64,000 bases of DNA from Fimbriosthenelais zetlandica (GCA_977030845.1 OZ365114.1:22258001-22322000); one strand, 5' to 3'. Shown: positions 24,301 to 35,856, counted from the first letter of the stretch. Notes: generated by a model from the sequence alone, not told the origin. Numbers and translations: made by a program.

Positions 24301-26649
24301 TCAAATTGGACAAACTAAGAGACACATTGTCTTAATTCTACAAATTTTAATGATATATTTCAATTTTAATTGTTAAATCAAAGTGGCAACTTTGAACCAT
24401 TTTTGAACCAGACCTAACTATTTAGTGGTCTGGGACAAGGAAAGCTGGCCTTCCATAAAAATATGGAAAGTCATGGAACGTCCTAAAAGGACATGCAGAT
24501 GTTATCTGGGTTAGCATGCATTATCATCTCTCCAATATTACTGCTCTTGTTTGTCTATGAGATCTGCCTAAGTGGATGAGTCCATTCCAAGCACTATCTG
24601 GTTGCCATTATCATATAGGCTTTCATACTCATCCAGGCACATTCATTGATCTCCCACCTATCCCTAGAGCCACACCACCCACGTAATATGGATATTTGAG
24701 ACTCACGCATCGAGAAAAAGACATAATCTCTCAGAATTCACAGAGTGGTCACCCAACAACATGTGTCAATGACATGGTTTCATTTATGACATGAAAAGTT
24801 CACATTTTCTGCAGATCCTATAAGTATATGATCCATCCAAAAATAAAATACATCATTACTAATTAGGTCGTATGTACAAGGGTCACTCATTCACCCATTC
24901 ACAGGCTACTTAGCCTAAAGCCTAACAGTTAACGTTCAATTTATGGGCCATGAATTCAAAGCCCAAACTGTTTGCCAACAGGCGATGCGTACTCAGGCAT
25001 TGATACTTGAATCGGGCCACATGGAACTGCTATTATTTAAGTTTTGAGAGCCAAAAACCCCATCTGTGACCAACCTGTGAATGTCATGAGGGTCTATTTT
25101 ACTGAATGTTGTGTGGATTTTTGCATCGTATCTCATTTCATATAAAAGCAAAACGGCAAGTGACAGGTGAAATGAGTTGATAACTGGAATTGGAGGGGGG
25201 AGGGGGTGGGGGGGGGGGGGGGGGTTGGGGGGTGATAGAGGAGGACGGGACAAGCAGATGAAGCGAAAATAATGGGCAAGTGAATGACTGACATAGTGCT
25301 AAACATGGTACATTAAAACAGGTAGTCAGGGGAGATTCCACTGATAGGAAAATATAAGCCATAGTTTTACAACTAACTCTGATGAAATATATGAATACCA
25401 GCATAATTTCTATACCATACACACCATTAGTTGGATGACAAAATGTACATGATCTCATATGAAATGATACACCAGGCATGGTACATCTGGTACCCCTCTC
25501 CATGACCATTTATAAAGGACACACAGATGGTCTGCTCTTAGGTGTGAACAACCTGTTCCTAATATGATATCAATTTATTTTTTGTAATTTATTTTTCACA
25601 GGGACAAGCCGCCTGCAGCATTATGGACGGGTGCGTGCCGTCCATCAATAAAGCAGACAGTTTATGACCGCTGACTTTTGAAATTCCCATTTGCTACACA
25701 ATATGGACCTAAGGGTATAAATTATTTTGATTTGGCAACATGTTGCCTTACTGAACTCCTCACCAACCATCATTAGCAGAGCAATTATATTCATCTAAAA
25801 TATTGCACCAATAACCATCCATGTTATTCAGAGAACGTAATATACCAAGTTCGTCCTAATTAGATATAAATAGGTTATTTTTATTATATAAATGAGAACT
25901 TACCCAGATATGATGAGTGCAGGTAACCCGGCACATTCGTAGGCAGAAGGAATTAGTCCGGCTTCATTACTGCTGAGTTGGAAGCGTTTCTCTAATGTGC
26001 TGATGGTGATGCTGACCAAACCTATAGTGGCCATGGACTCAGCAACAATGGCCATACACAGAAAGAACACCACCCAGCCAGGTCGGTTCAGAAACTGTAG
26101 ACATTTTGGTCGGAAAGAGCCCCAGCCGTAGGTCATGTTAGAAGGGTCCGGTGGGGCATTGCCCTCAAGGTCCTCTTCCTCTCCATCAGTTTTGATGTAG
26201 GTTTGGGCTGGATGTGGATGGTCCTTGATAGTGGAGGATATAGATCTGAGTGGGGACTTGGGTTCTTCATGCTTAGGCTTTACATCATTTGAGGTATTAT
26301 CACGGGAAGAAGGTTTTTCCTTGTTTTGGCTATTTGGACTTGATTCCCTCGATTTTTGATCTGATGAGAAAAGCTGCACTCTTGGCAGAGCTGTTATTGG
26401 TCCCTCCTGCAACGTTACAGGTGCGGTAGAAGCCCCTGAAAGGTCATCAAGGTATGTCTTCATCGGGCCGTGAGGGCCTTTTAGAGAGGCAATGTCAGGT
26501 GGGTGTGAAGGGCGTGGGGTTACCTTGTTACCTGATGGTGGATGAGGTGAGGGGGCTGGATGAACACCGGCATCTCCTCCAGTGTCCCTCCATCCTCCAT
26601 ACCCCTCACTGGAATGCTTGCTACTCCCTTCTCCTTCATTGAGAGCCAT
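15013..26649 (-). CDS. SLCO4A1: Solute carrier organic anion transporter (OATP), SLCO4A1/4C1-like, whole gene, 11 coding exons, 818 aa
   Basis: Manual join: 25904-26649, 19543-19886, 19294-19396, 18860-18981, 18492-18583, 18168-18339, 17859-18054, 16199-16343, 15837-15994, 15551-15615, 15013-15326. Total 2457 nt, phases consistent. OATP signature DPRWVGAWWIGFL, TLEKRFQLSS, YFGGKGHRPRW, Kazal-like C-x3-C-x-C...PVCGSN..YYSPCHAGC, and YGWGSFRPKCLQFLN as in OATP4. The family call is secure; 4A1 versus 4C1 orthology is not resolved. Confidence 0.93.
15551..15615 (-). CDS. SLCO exon 10 (VVPESQRSFAVSIDWFLSRLL)
   Basis: Not in the ORF track. Acceptor cttctccacag, donor GG|GTTAGT; the TM11 Arg is retained. 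Confidence 0.92.
15837..15994 (-). CDS. SLCO exon 9 (YSGCMCI...CPVSC..TM10)
   Basis: Acceptor ttatttcag, donor AAG|GTACAC. Confidence 0.92.
16199..16343 (-). CDS. SLCO exon 8 (Kazal-like domain)
   Basis: CNEHCSC...EPVCGSNNVLYYSPCHAGC; acceptor ttttgtag, donor CAG|GTTAGT. Confidence 0.95.
17859..18054 (-). CDS. SLCO exon 7 (...CDNVPFAGVNQPYNS)
   Basis: Acceptor ttgtag, donor CAG|GTAAGT. Confidence 0.93.
18168..18339 (-). CDS. SLCO exon 6 (AKEFPRAVTILLRNPTF...PKYMENQF)
   Basis: Acceptor ccattccag, donor CAG|GTGGGC. Confidence 0.93.
18492..18583 (-). CDS. SLCO exon 5 (central loop, GAEEHRKKRIKE...)
   Basis: Acceptor ttttcaatatcag, donor ACG|GTAATT; phase 1 to 0 fits both neighbours. Confidence 0.85.
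18860..18981 (-). CDS. SLCO exon 4 (DPRWVGAWWIGF, OATP signature)
   Basis: Acceptor tttttgtag, donor CAG|GTGAGA. Confidence 0.95.
19294..19396 (-). CDS. SLCO exon 3 (GVILSLTTLGPAIAFVGAGYLLELYTDID)
   Basis: Not in the ORF track. Acceptor ttttttgcag, donor GTGAGT; matches the OATP GPA.GF segment. Confidence 0.92.
19543..19886 (-). CDS. SLCO exon 2 (YFGGKGHRPRW...YIDD...VYIG)
   Basis: Acceptor tttttcag, donor TTG|GTAAGT. Confidence 0.95.
22919..22941 (+). repeat. G23 homopolymer
   Basis: Directly visible in SLCO intron 1. Confidence 0.95.
25192..25232 (+). repeat. G-tract cluster (runs of 6, 5, 17 and 6 G)
   Basis: Directly visible in SLCO intron 1. Confidence 0.95.
25904..26649 (-). CDS. 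SLCO coding exon 1 (long N-tail, TM1-2)
   Basis: ORF 25900-26649; in-frame TAG upstream of the ATG; donor GG|GTAAGT at 25903. Confidence 0.9.
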
Positions 26650-26869
26650 ATGTGGCAGGTATAGGTTGATATGTCTCTGATACTATGATCTGGGATGAAA
26701 TCTCATACCAATTCACTCCGGGTTTCTTTTTCACATCCCTTGGTTTGCCTACCGGTACTCTAGCGCCCGTCCATTTGTATGGCATAACTTGAGAACTTTG
26801 ACATGCAGTCTATAGGAATGTTGACTTTCTGATTTACCTTTCCCACCGCAGTTTGGTCATGGGGATGAT
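26650..26869 (-). other. SLCO 5' UTR part of the first coding exon
   Basis: Acceptor ttttttaattccag at 26870-26872; contains six upstream ATGs. Confidence 0.55.
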
Positions 26870-27614
26870 CTGGAATTAAAAAAGAAATGTCATTAAAAGG
26901 AAGTGATATCAGGCCTAGGCCTGTATTATATCATAAGCTGGAGTAAAAATAAATCTCAATAGAACTAAATAAATCGCCTTGGATCCTCGTTGTACTTTTC
27001 CTTCACAAAAGCAGCAAAGTCCTTGATATATGCCTAGGTGGGTTCACCATAGAGAAGTTAGATAATACAGGTCGTTGCCAGTGGCTTGCATTGCGGAGAA
27101 AGTGAGTGAGTGTGTGTTAGTGTGTATGTATGGCATAGTGATATCACACATTATGTACATAAGGGACTCGTGCCGACAAGGCTTCAGTGTACTGTACTCT
27201 TCAATACTGCCTAATGCTAAGGTAAACAGGTATCTATCCTTCCCCTCCCAAGTCTCCAACCCTAGCCTCTCCAGTCAGTCTCGATGGTGCCTCCACAGAC
27301 ACACAATAAAACACAATAAAAAGTTCTTAATATTATTTTTAAGTAAGCTTTTTATATCTAAGCCTAAACGGTTCAAAATGTATCTAGCCTAGGCCTATAC
27401 CAATTATAGTTAGCCTATGCTATCATAGGACTATGAATATTGCTATTTAGCTTAGCCTACCCATCTTTTTAAAAATTAATTAGGTATTTAATTAGGCCTA
27501 TATTGAACCATTATACATGTTTTGACTCTATAGACTGCACAAGCAAGTATAGGCCTACCAGTTACCACTCACCTTCCTCTTCTTAACCCCACCCCTCCCA
27601 CCCCACCCACTCAC

Positions 27615-27700
27615 CTGTTATCCGTTACCATATGCTTTACCACTTCCTCATATTTTTTGTGTGTCTCTTATCAGATAGATGATCCTTTTGGCCTGCTCTA
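27615..27700 (-). other. Putative non-coding first exon of SLCO (5' end uncertain)
   Basis: Consensus donor CAG|GTGAGT at 27614, between the promoter-like region and the 26869 acceptor. Confidence 0.45.
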
Positions 27701-28080
27701 ACATCAATATTTCCACCTGTGTTTTATTCAACACTGGAAAATCGACCCAATTTTAAATGGAACATTCTCATGAATAGAGGTGTGCATCAAGGTCGAAGCA
27801 ATCAATCATAGGCCCCTACAAAAAATACAATAGGCCCTATGCTTTCCATGGAATAATTTGTAAGAAATCCAACTGATAAAGTCATATTGACTTTTGTGTC
27901 TAGACCTACCTGGTAGGCCTACCTCAGTAGGCCTAGTTGAGCACAGCGGTTTAGGCCTACGACCAACGGGATTTAGCCTAGGGGCCTAAAGGCCTAGGCC
28001 TGGCTTCTAATATACTCGGGCCTAAGCAGGCCAAAAACTGTTGTTCATACCTAGGAAGGGAATATTGTTTTCCCCACTCG

Positions 28081-28376
28081 ATTGGTTAGTGAAAACTAGT
28101 GGGTTTAGTTCAACACCATTATCAGGGTAGGCCTATAGATGGGCCTAAATATTGCCTGCTTGTTCCCCCAACAGAAATCCCACCATTGATTCAGCTCCCA
28201 GCGCCCCCACGCGTACAATGAGTCTTGGAAAGTAGCCAACCAATCACAGGCATTCTCTCATTCTCAGTAGCCAATCAGAGATGCCCTTTTATAAGACGTT
28301 CGGCCATACTTGCAGACCACGCTGGAATCGGTGACGATCGACCCCGGGCGATAAATGGGCAGAAATCAAGGTAAAC
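28081..28376. promoter_or_regulatory. CpG-containing, probably bidirectional CCAAT-box promoter
   Basis: ATTGG at 28081, CCAAT at 28240 and 28271 (31 bp apart), TTTATAAG at 28288-28295, and a plus-strand donor AAG|GTAAAC at 28371. Confidence 0.55.
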
Positions 28377-28700
28377 AGATTGTTTTAACATAATTGAAAG
28401 TCAAACAGGGAGATCAAAACATTACTCTGAATGTTGGAGAACACACTGACCAGTTTGCAAATTGTGCTTAGCCTGCCAACTCTTCTCTTCGAGTCACTGA
28501 AACCATACGCCTACTGACACCGTGCATGACAGTCTCCAGTGGTAGGCCTACATAGGCCATAAATCTAGGCTATAGGCCTAATCCCATTGATAATGATGCA
28601 TCATTCCTCTATGTAGGTCCTATTCTAGATATTATTGGTATGGCAGATGTAGGCATAATTCATAATAGGCCTAAGTTTATGCATAAAAATATGTTAGGCC

Positions 28701-28786
28701 CACACTCCGCATAGTGGCGCTCCAGTCGTTCCTCCATACCGGTATACGTATGGAGGAACGACTGGAGCGCCACTGTGCGGAGTGTG
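28701..28786. repeat. 86-bp inverted repeat (39-bp arms, 8-nt loop)
   Basis: 28701-28739 is the reverse complement of 28748-28786 with one mismatch. Confidence 0.95.
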
Positions 28787-29012
28787 CTATAGGCCTAATC
28801 CTATTGTAGGCCTAATATATTTAGGCCTATTTTAGGCCTAAGTTTCTAGAACAAGTTGAGATACATACATGTACGGTACATGAACTAAGTGTTACGTTAG
28901 GCCCTATGCTATTTCACTTAGTCTTAGCATGGCCTATTAATTAGATAGGCCTAGGGTTAGGCCTACTATAGGCCTAGCCTATTCCGATTCACGAAAAGTT
29001 GAATACAGAAAC

Positions 29013-29335
29013 TAAGGGGGCTACTATTAGAATACCAGGGGGCCTGGAGTTTTTGTCTGGCAAATTTTATTTATTTCAGAATAGTACATTTTATTTATTG
29101 CATGGTAAGACGGGCCCATAATATTTATTTCCAGTGAGGAATTTTATTTGTTCCACCCTCTTATGAGTTAAAACATTTCTACCGTCTCTTGTGTCAATGT
29201 ATTTATTCATCCATATTCCCACATAATTATTTTTTTCATTAATATTAGGGACACATTTATTTATTTCAAAAAACCTCTGGTCGTCCCCCTAAACGCATAA
29301 GAAGTAGGCCTACCCATTTGTAATCCTAGTTGGGT
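29013..29335. mobile_element. Degenerate MITE-like non-autonomous element
   Basis: Ends are loosely inverted (ggctactattagaataccaggggg versus reverse-complemented gcctacttcttatgcgtttaggggg) around an interior of repeated TTTATTT. No clear target-site duplication. Confidence 0.3.
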
Positions 29336-30047
29336 GGGGTTAGAGTTGGCCCTTCAAAAGTGGCACAGTTGGTACCCTGAGCTATAAATAACAGTTAACA
29401 CGGGTTTAAATCGTTCCTCCCATAGACCTACCATTTAAAGATATATAGAGTATGGACAAATTATTTTCGTTCAAGATTGTTAAGCTCAGTCAGAAGTGGA
29501 AAATTGCATTTTGCTTGTTATGAGGTGAAGGGTTAATTGCTGTGAATGGATGACTTGCCCTATTTTCCTGGGTATCTGGGAATGACCCCTGGTAATGAAC
29601 AATGGGTGCCGGTCTTTAACACAGTTCCTTTGTTTATAAACTGTTTTTGTGTTGCTCATTCATCAGTCTGTTCAGACAGCATCTGTTTGAGTAGTGACAT
29701 TAGCCATGTTGGCCTCCTTCCAACATGCCATTTCTTATTGTCAAGGAGGGTCACAAATCTGACCTCGAAATTTGGCACCAAAAACTTTGGGTTCTAGCTC
29801 AAAATAAACAGTAAATTCCATGCACTAGAATAATCTATGTCGGTCCATTTATCCAGTTAATATTACCTAAATTCTAATATTTTCCAAGACACTTCTTGAA
29901 AATGTATTCTGAAAAGCAAGGGGGAGAGAGTTACTCTATAGTCTAGGAGATGCCCCTACTTAACAGTACAAGCTGTAAATACACTAGTTTATAGTCTTCC
30001 ATGCGTTGCCAGAAAGAATAACAATCGTACAAGGGTAGAAGACAGCT

Positions 30048-30107
30048 GGAGGTGTGAGGGGGAGGTAGAGAGGGGTGTGAGGGGGAGGGGTAGAGGGGTG
30101 TGAGAGG
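30048..30107 (+). repeat. Degenerate G-rich tandem repeat (about GAGGGGTGTGAGGGGGAGGTA)
   Basis: Two to three imperfect copies of gaggggtgtgag / ggaggtag. Confidence 0.6.
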
Positions 30108-32435
30108 CACACCTGTTGATTACCACCTGTCTACAGGGAGTGAGGGAGGCTACAGGGACACCTGCAGTTCCCAACCCTCATATAAATTCTATCCGCCATC
30201 CTATCCCTTCTTCCATTGGAAATAGCCTGAATAATTCTGCTATCATCCGAGTTGATTGAGACTTCTGACCCTTTCCTGAATTGCTTTCATGAGTCAGGAC
30301 CCTATAAATCTATCTTTAGAACTCAGAAATAAACTAACATGGCAGATATAATTTAACGTAAATAATGATACAATATTCTCGAGTATAATGGGCATTGCAC
30401 AATGCCTAACTAGGCCAGCTTGAACCATTCGGTGATAGCCTTCTGCTGGGTTTATTCCTAAGCAAAATACTACTAACTCACGTACGGATCAAAAATATTC
30501 TATTTTAGTGTCATGTAAACTTACCCTGATACTCGCCCTGATATCTTGGATAGAAAAGCTTCCCTAAATTTTGTAAGATCCATATGGGCGAGGGTGTACA
30601 CTATACTAGAGGCCACCAGGCCTGTGGTCTCTGTGATAGAATGAGAAGGGTATTGTGGGTATTGGTTACTCATTTCACGCTTCAACGACCATAATAAATA
30701 CTGTCCTCGGTTAATATATTAACGAATGTAATTGGTAGATCTAATTTAGGGAAAGGGAAAATAATATATGGGTTTATAATCAATTTAAAGATTTTATTTT
30801 ATTTTTCGATTAATCTATATATATTCACAGCAAATATAAAGTTTTGAGACACTCTAAATATCCCAACCTATTTCTATTTTAGGAACTCCCGGAAGTCTAT
30901 TTATAAACCACTGACCAATAGCACAGTTCGAGGATGTTTGGATTGGTTGTTACTGCTCTCAAATGGTAAGTAAATCCTTCAATCCTTCCAAATTATGTTT
31001 GGAGTTTGCATTATCATTTAATTATGATAGACTTTGTACTTGTTGGGAACACACAAGACAACATGCACTCACAGCTAAATCGATAGGACTTATCAGGAAT
31101 CCTTTCACTGCACTAGTGAGGTGAGGGCTCTATTATCTTTGACCCTATGATTGTGTGGATTGTATTTGTGTAAGATATCGGAGTCAGGGGCCAAGTCTTG
31201 AACTCGGTCACCTTGTAAACGTGTTGGTCTTCATGTCAGTCCATTGACAGGTAGTTGTTTAGGTCACAAGATAAAGGGAAACAAGGGCGGATGGAGAATC
31301 TAGAATCATCTGAGGCCCACAAGCATCTGTGCGGGGGAGGAATGGAATACATAAAACATATATATGCCATGACTTTAGGTCGCATATATAATGCCATGGC
31401 TTTGGGGCACAGCTTAAGTCTTACCTTTGAAACTAGTTTATTATGTTCCAGGCCAGATAGCTGGGTAATAATTTAATATTTTTCTGAGCTAGGGAATTTA
31501 CAATTAATTTTCTTCTTTGCCAATTCTCGTACCTTTTTATCAGTCTCCTATATAAAGAGAAAAACTGAATGGCATTGTTTTCTTCCATCTCAGGCTATAC
31601 ACTATTTTATTGGCATAATTGTACACAGGTGCAGGTGACGCCCCTTTATGGCTTTGTTTCCTTCTACACCCCCTTCTTTTCAATACCTATACAGACTTCC
31701 CTTGGGTGATTGGCTCTTGTACAAATACATTAATTACATATGTACTATTATAAAATAAAATATAGTTTAGTGATCAACCTAAAATTAAGACACATGCATC
31801 ACTTTAATTATACTACAGCAGTATAACTTTACTACCAGTATATGGGACTAATATTATTATCCTAAGGCCACTTTATTGTTACCTTGGCTCAGCCTCAGTA
31901 CTAGAACTCTCCATCTACATCCATACCACTGCCACAGTGGGTAAAGTTGTTATGGGAGTTGGATGCTTGCCCTCTCAGTTCCATGGATCGTGAATCGTGC
32001 AGTGGCAACATGCAGTGATTTGGATGGCAGTGGTCTATGTATAGATGTTTCCAATCGTGTTCTATAACTGAGAGATGGTTGTTGGAAAGAACTGAACCGT
32101 ATGTACTTTGATAAAGGAAAATCTACCAGAGCCAAAACTAACAGACTCCCATATAACAGAAAAGTGCAACTCTGCTAAGATGAGAGCCTACCTACTCAAG
32201 GCACAACTACATCCTTCTATACCACCACCTTCCTTTCCAACTTAACACAAATAAGAGAGAGGATAGACTTACCATTACACAGGAATATGGGGGATGCTCC
32301 TTTGATTTTCAGAGGATGGTAAAAGATGGAAAGAACCACACCTTGAGTGTATAATAGCACTGGGTGCCTGTGTGTTGCTGCAGGGATGGTAGGATAAGTG
32401 TGTTGTGGTCTGGAGGTAACAGAGCAGCAAGTGTC

Positions 32436-32490
32436 ATGTGTGGTGGTTGTGGTGGTGTGGTGCTTGGTGGTGGAAGTAGCGGTGGTAGAG
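32436..32490 (+). repeat. Degenerate (GGT)n low-complexity tract
   Basis: gtggtggttgtggtggtgtggtgcttggtggtgg; it explains the Thr/Pro-rich spurious ORFs here. Confidence 0.7.
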
Positions 32491-34479
32491 CTGGAGGTTG
32501 AGAACAGATGTACTGTGTACAAGTGAATTCTAGGTCAGTGATGGTAGATGCCACGTGCGACAGGCAGAGTAAGGGACCTGTTGACGGACAATAGATGGAT
32601 AGCTGGGGATGGTTGGGTGGATGAAGGGGATTGATGGGGGAAAGTGTGTTATGGGGGCTGGAGCATGTCTATATACCCCATTCTGACCACCAGCTGAGAC
32701 AAATCGTTACAAATGTCTGTACTTCAATGGTAACCCCCTTATACATTATTTTCCACGGGAACTATTTAACAAAGTATTTACCGGTTTTTTCTTTTCTTTT
32801 ATATGAACATAACATTCTCAATAACTGACTTTTTCAATAATCTGTATTAAAACAAAAGTCCAAAGTTTTGAGCAAATTCATCCAGTCATGCATTATTGAA
32901 GTGAGAAAATTACTGTATGATATATATCCAGTGAATGCCAATTTTTACATTGCGCAAGTTTATTCGCTGGCGGGGAGAAAATTAAACTTTTTGAACCGTA
33001 TCAAAGGCCATTGGCTTTATCTCTGTTGTGGTCTTGTAAAAAGCTTGTATTTCATTATTATGAAACACACACAAAAACTGGTGGCCTGTCAAATGTGATC
33101 ACCTCCTGCCGTGCACTTTACGCTCACTTGTGCTGCCTCCATCAATATAATATTTCCATCTCCATTTTGACATGCCATGACACCCCTTGCTGTATCCTAA
33201 TGTGGCCTTAACCACCCATGAAAAAATCAATAATTACATAGTTCATTGGCCTATGGATTCAATAATTGAAAAGGATGAGTTTTTAATTCAGAGAATTTCA
33301 ACTATTCTTAAAGTATGTGAGATTTCAATTTCGCATTCAGATATTTTTTATTTGCGTTTGGAAGATCTTTTAAGACATTTTATTTGCTGTGGCCTATGTT
33401 AATAATCTATATTGATTCTGAAAAGCTGACCTTTTAGGGAACAACCCTAATTTCCATTGGCTACGAGCCCCATTTCTTTTCATCCTATTATATGCAGTCA
33501 ACATGCAAGCAGGCTTGCACGTACCCTGTTTGGCGAAGACTCTTGCCCTTCGGACAATCAATAAGATCTTCCACCTGAAGATGGTCTGGGGAGGAAAATA
33601 AAGAGAAAGACTAGACTTGTTCTGGTTCTTATGACTTACAAATCACGATGAACCAGGGCAACTCTCGATCTGTATCGAGTTCATAAATAATCCAATTATA
33701 TGCAGTTTTATAGCAGATCCCTCTATAATTAAGTCAGTATTCTCCAGCTAGTGATGTATGCCCTATATTGTGTGGGAAGTTATGGAATGTAGGCATTATA
33801 TATTCATATCCTTATATTGAATATACAAAAATAGACACTGCCTTAAAACAATAAATTATCACAATCATTCTGTTGGGCCTATATATAGCTACTTATCAAG
33901 ATATTTCCTATATTATTAAAAAAAAAATGGTAAGCACGGGCACGTCTAGAAGGGGTTAGATGAATGAAGGCCTGGCAGGGTGCTAAGGTGCACTTGTATC
34001 GATCCTAACAGGGGCATCTTTATAGATGTCTGGAGGAGGAATCTACCTTTAAACCTGGCCTAATTCCTATAGCCAAATCTACTACTATTAACCGAGGCAA
34101 TGTCAAGGGGGTCATTACATAGATTTATGTAGGCCTTATGGATAAGGAAGTAATATTTGCAAAATAATATATCCACAAGGAATTAAAGCAATAAATCATA
34201 GAAATGTAGGGGAACGCATTATTATGCACAGATATATCAAAAAGTCTCAAAGTGATGCGAGAAAAGGTTAGAGAATGTTGGTCACGACCCGTGACACGAT
34301 GCATGACTCACTTCGGGAAGTGGGCAAAAAATGGAATGAACTCAGTCTCATGCATAAAATTAATATATAAAAATGTTTATAGCTGATTATATCTGTGGCG
34401 CCAATGGTAATTTACCATAATTATTTCTTTGAGAAGGCAAGGGTGGACCCTGGATTTTATAAGTATATATTATATACAA

Positions 34480-34930
34480 ATACTAGGGCGTGTCATTTTG
34501 AAAGAAGCCACGTACGCTTAGAATTCTATTAATTTCTAAACAATGACATATGCGTTAAATTTTGTTACCTTAAATTATTAAAGATAATCATCTCTGATCA
34601 AATATGGATCAAAAGTTCCCCCTGAAAATGGGATTACCTACCAAATTTATCAACCAATAAAAGATAGGCTATACAGCTAGGTCGACACAGGTGATCAAAG
34701 TGCCCTTTTACCTTTAAACAATTATATAATTGACAAAGTTTACACTGACATATTGATAAAGTAGTTATAATATTCTCGTGACCAAATTTCCTGACCGTTT
34801 TAACGGTTACAATTGACAGATTTTTAGGACGAAGGGTTGGCACTTATCGATCACTGATTAGATCGGTAGAAAGCTTGGCTGAAACTTTGACCTTTTCGCG
34901 ATGAGAGAGTTGGCAATAGCTTCGCTCTAT
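34480..34930. repeat. Decayed interspersed repeat of unidentified family
   Basis: Recurring accaaattt, aaactttgacc and ggtgatcaaagtgccc wording; similar aaatttgg-type fragments near 23420 and 29765. Confidence 0.3.
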
Positions 34931-35856
34931 AGTTTGGGTGAACCTGTACTAATCTCAGTTCTAAGTTACAAAATGCCCTCCCGAACTGGAAAATAATGAT
35001 TGCCACATAGACCCCACGATTGTTATTTCATTGAATCGATTCCAATACATTTTTCCAATAAGTTTTAGGTAAAGTTAGGTAATATTTAGTTTTATTTTAA
35101 AATATTGTCAGGCCTAAGTCACAGAAACATATCAAATATTTGGGTATTATGTTCAATATTTTACATAGACTTACAATAATTGTCACTTCATTATGAGAAT
35201 CAACCATATTTTAATGGACATACAATAACATGTAAATTTGACATAAATATTTGAGGATCAATTCCCACTCAGTACAATAACAATAGACCACTTAGCCCTG
35301 TATCATTGGTGCATGGTCCTAGTGAATTATCATTGTACGTCTATGGCGCCTGAAACCATCCGTGAATTATTCAGTGGGTCAGCAAAAACCATTGAGTCAC
35401 AGGTTACTAAACATCGAGAGTAGCTTATATCAGCTAAATGTTGCCCCTGTGGTTTCAATGTTATATCCATGTTTTTGATCTAGTCTCTGTAGAGAGTTCA
35501 TGGAAAGAAAGAAATATCCTGGTGTGTTGGCCTTCAGGACCTGTGATTAATGAGACAAAAACAGTAAGATTAGACATCCATTCAGGTATATGCCTCTTTT
35601 TTTCAAATCTACAACTACAAAATGATTTATTTTTACTTCTAGATCCGTCCTGCTGAAAAACAACAGAGAAGTTGGTTGGCGATCCGGCCCAGTGGCGCCA
35701 TCACCCGGCGCTGATCTAGTTCCACATTTATTCACTTGGAGTCACCACAGTCCATAGTTTCGGCCACGGGAGGAATTGACTTTTCTGGTTTCAACCCTTA
35801 AGCAACTCCGGTCATCATTACCCGAGTATAATTTGGGTTAAAAAACTTTCAACGCA

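Larger units (their letters stand above)
27380..29315. repeat. Dispersed (T)AGGCCT(A) palindrome field
   Basis: About 20 AGGCCT copies by manual count in ~1.9 kb, plus many one-off variants. Confidence 0.85.

Noticed and set aside
22783-25509. Poly-proline ORFs at 22783, 22901, 24993 and 25138
   Set aside because: The prolines come from reading the G homopolymers; the rest is random-like.
28771-28777. RAG/Transib heptamer CACAGTG in the hairpin arm as evidence of a RAG-like transposon
   Set aside because: No nonamer, no 5-bp target-site duplication, and the heptamer is internal to the inverted arm.
31170-31270. B-box-like GTTCAAGAC on the minus strand (tRNA or SINE head?)
   Set aside because: No convincing A box, cloverleaf or tail.
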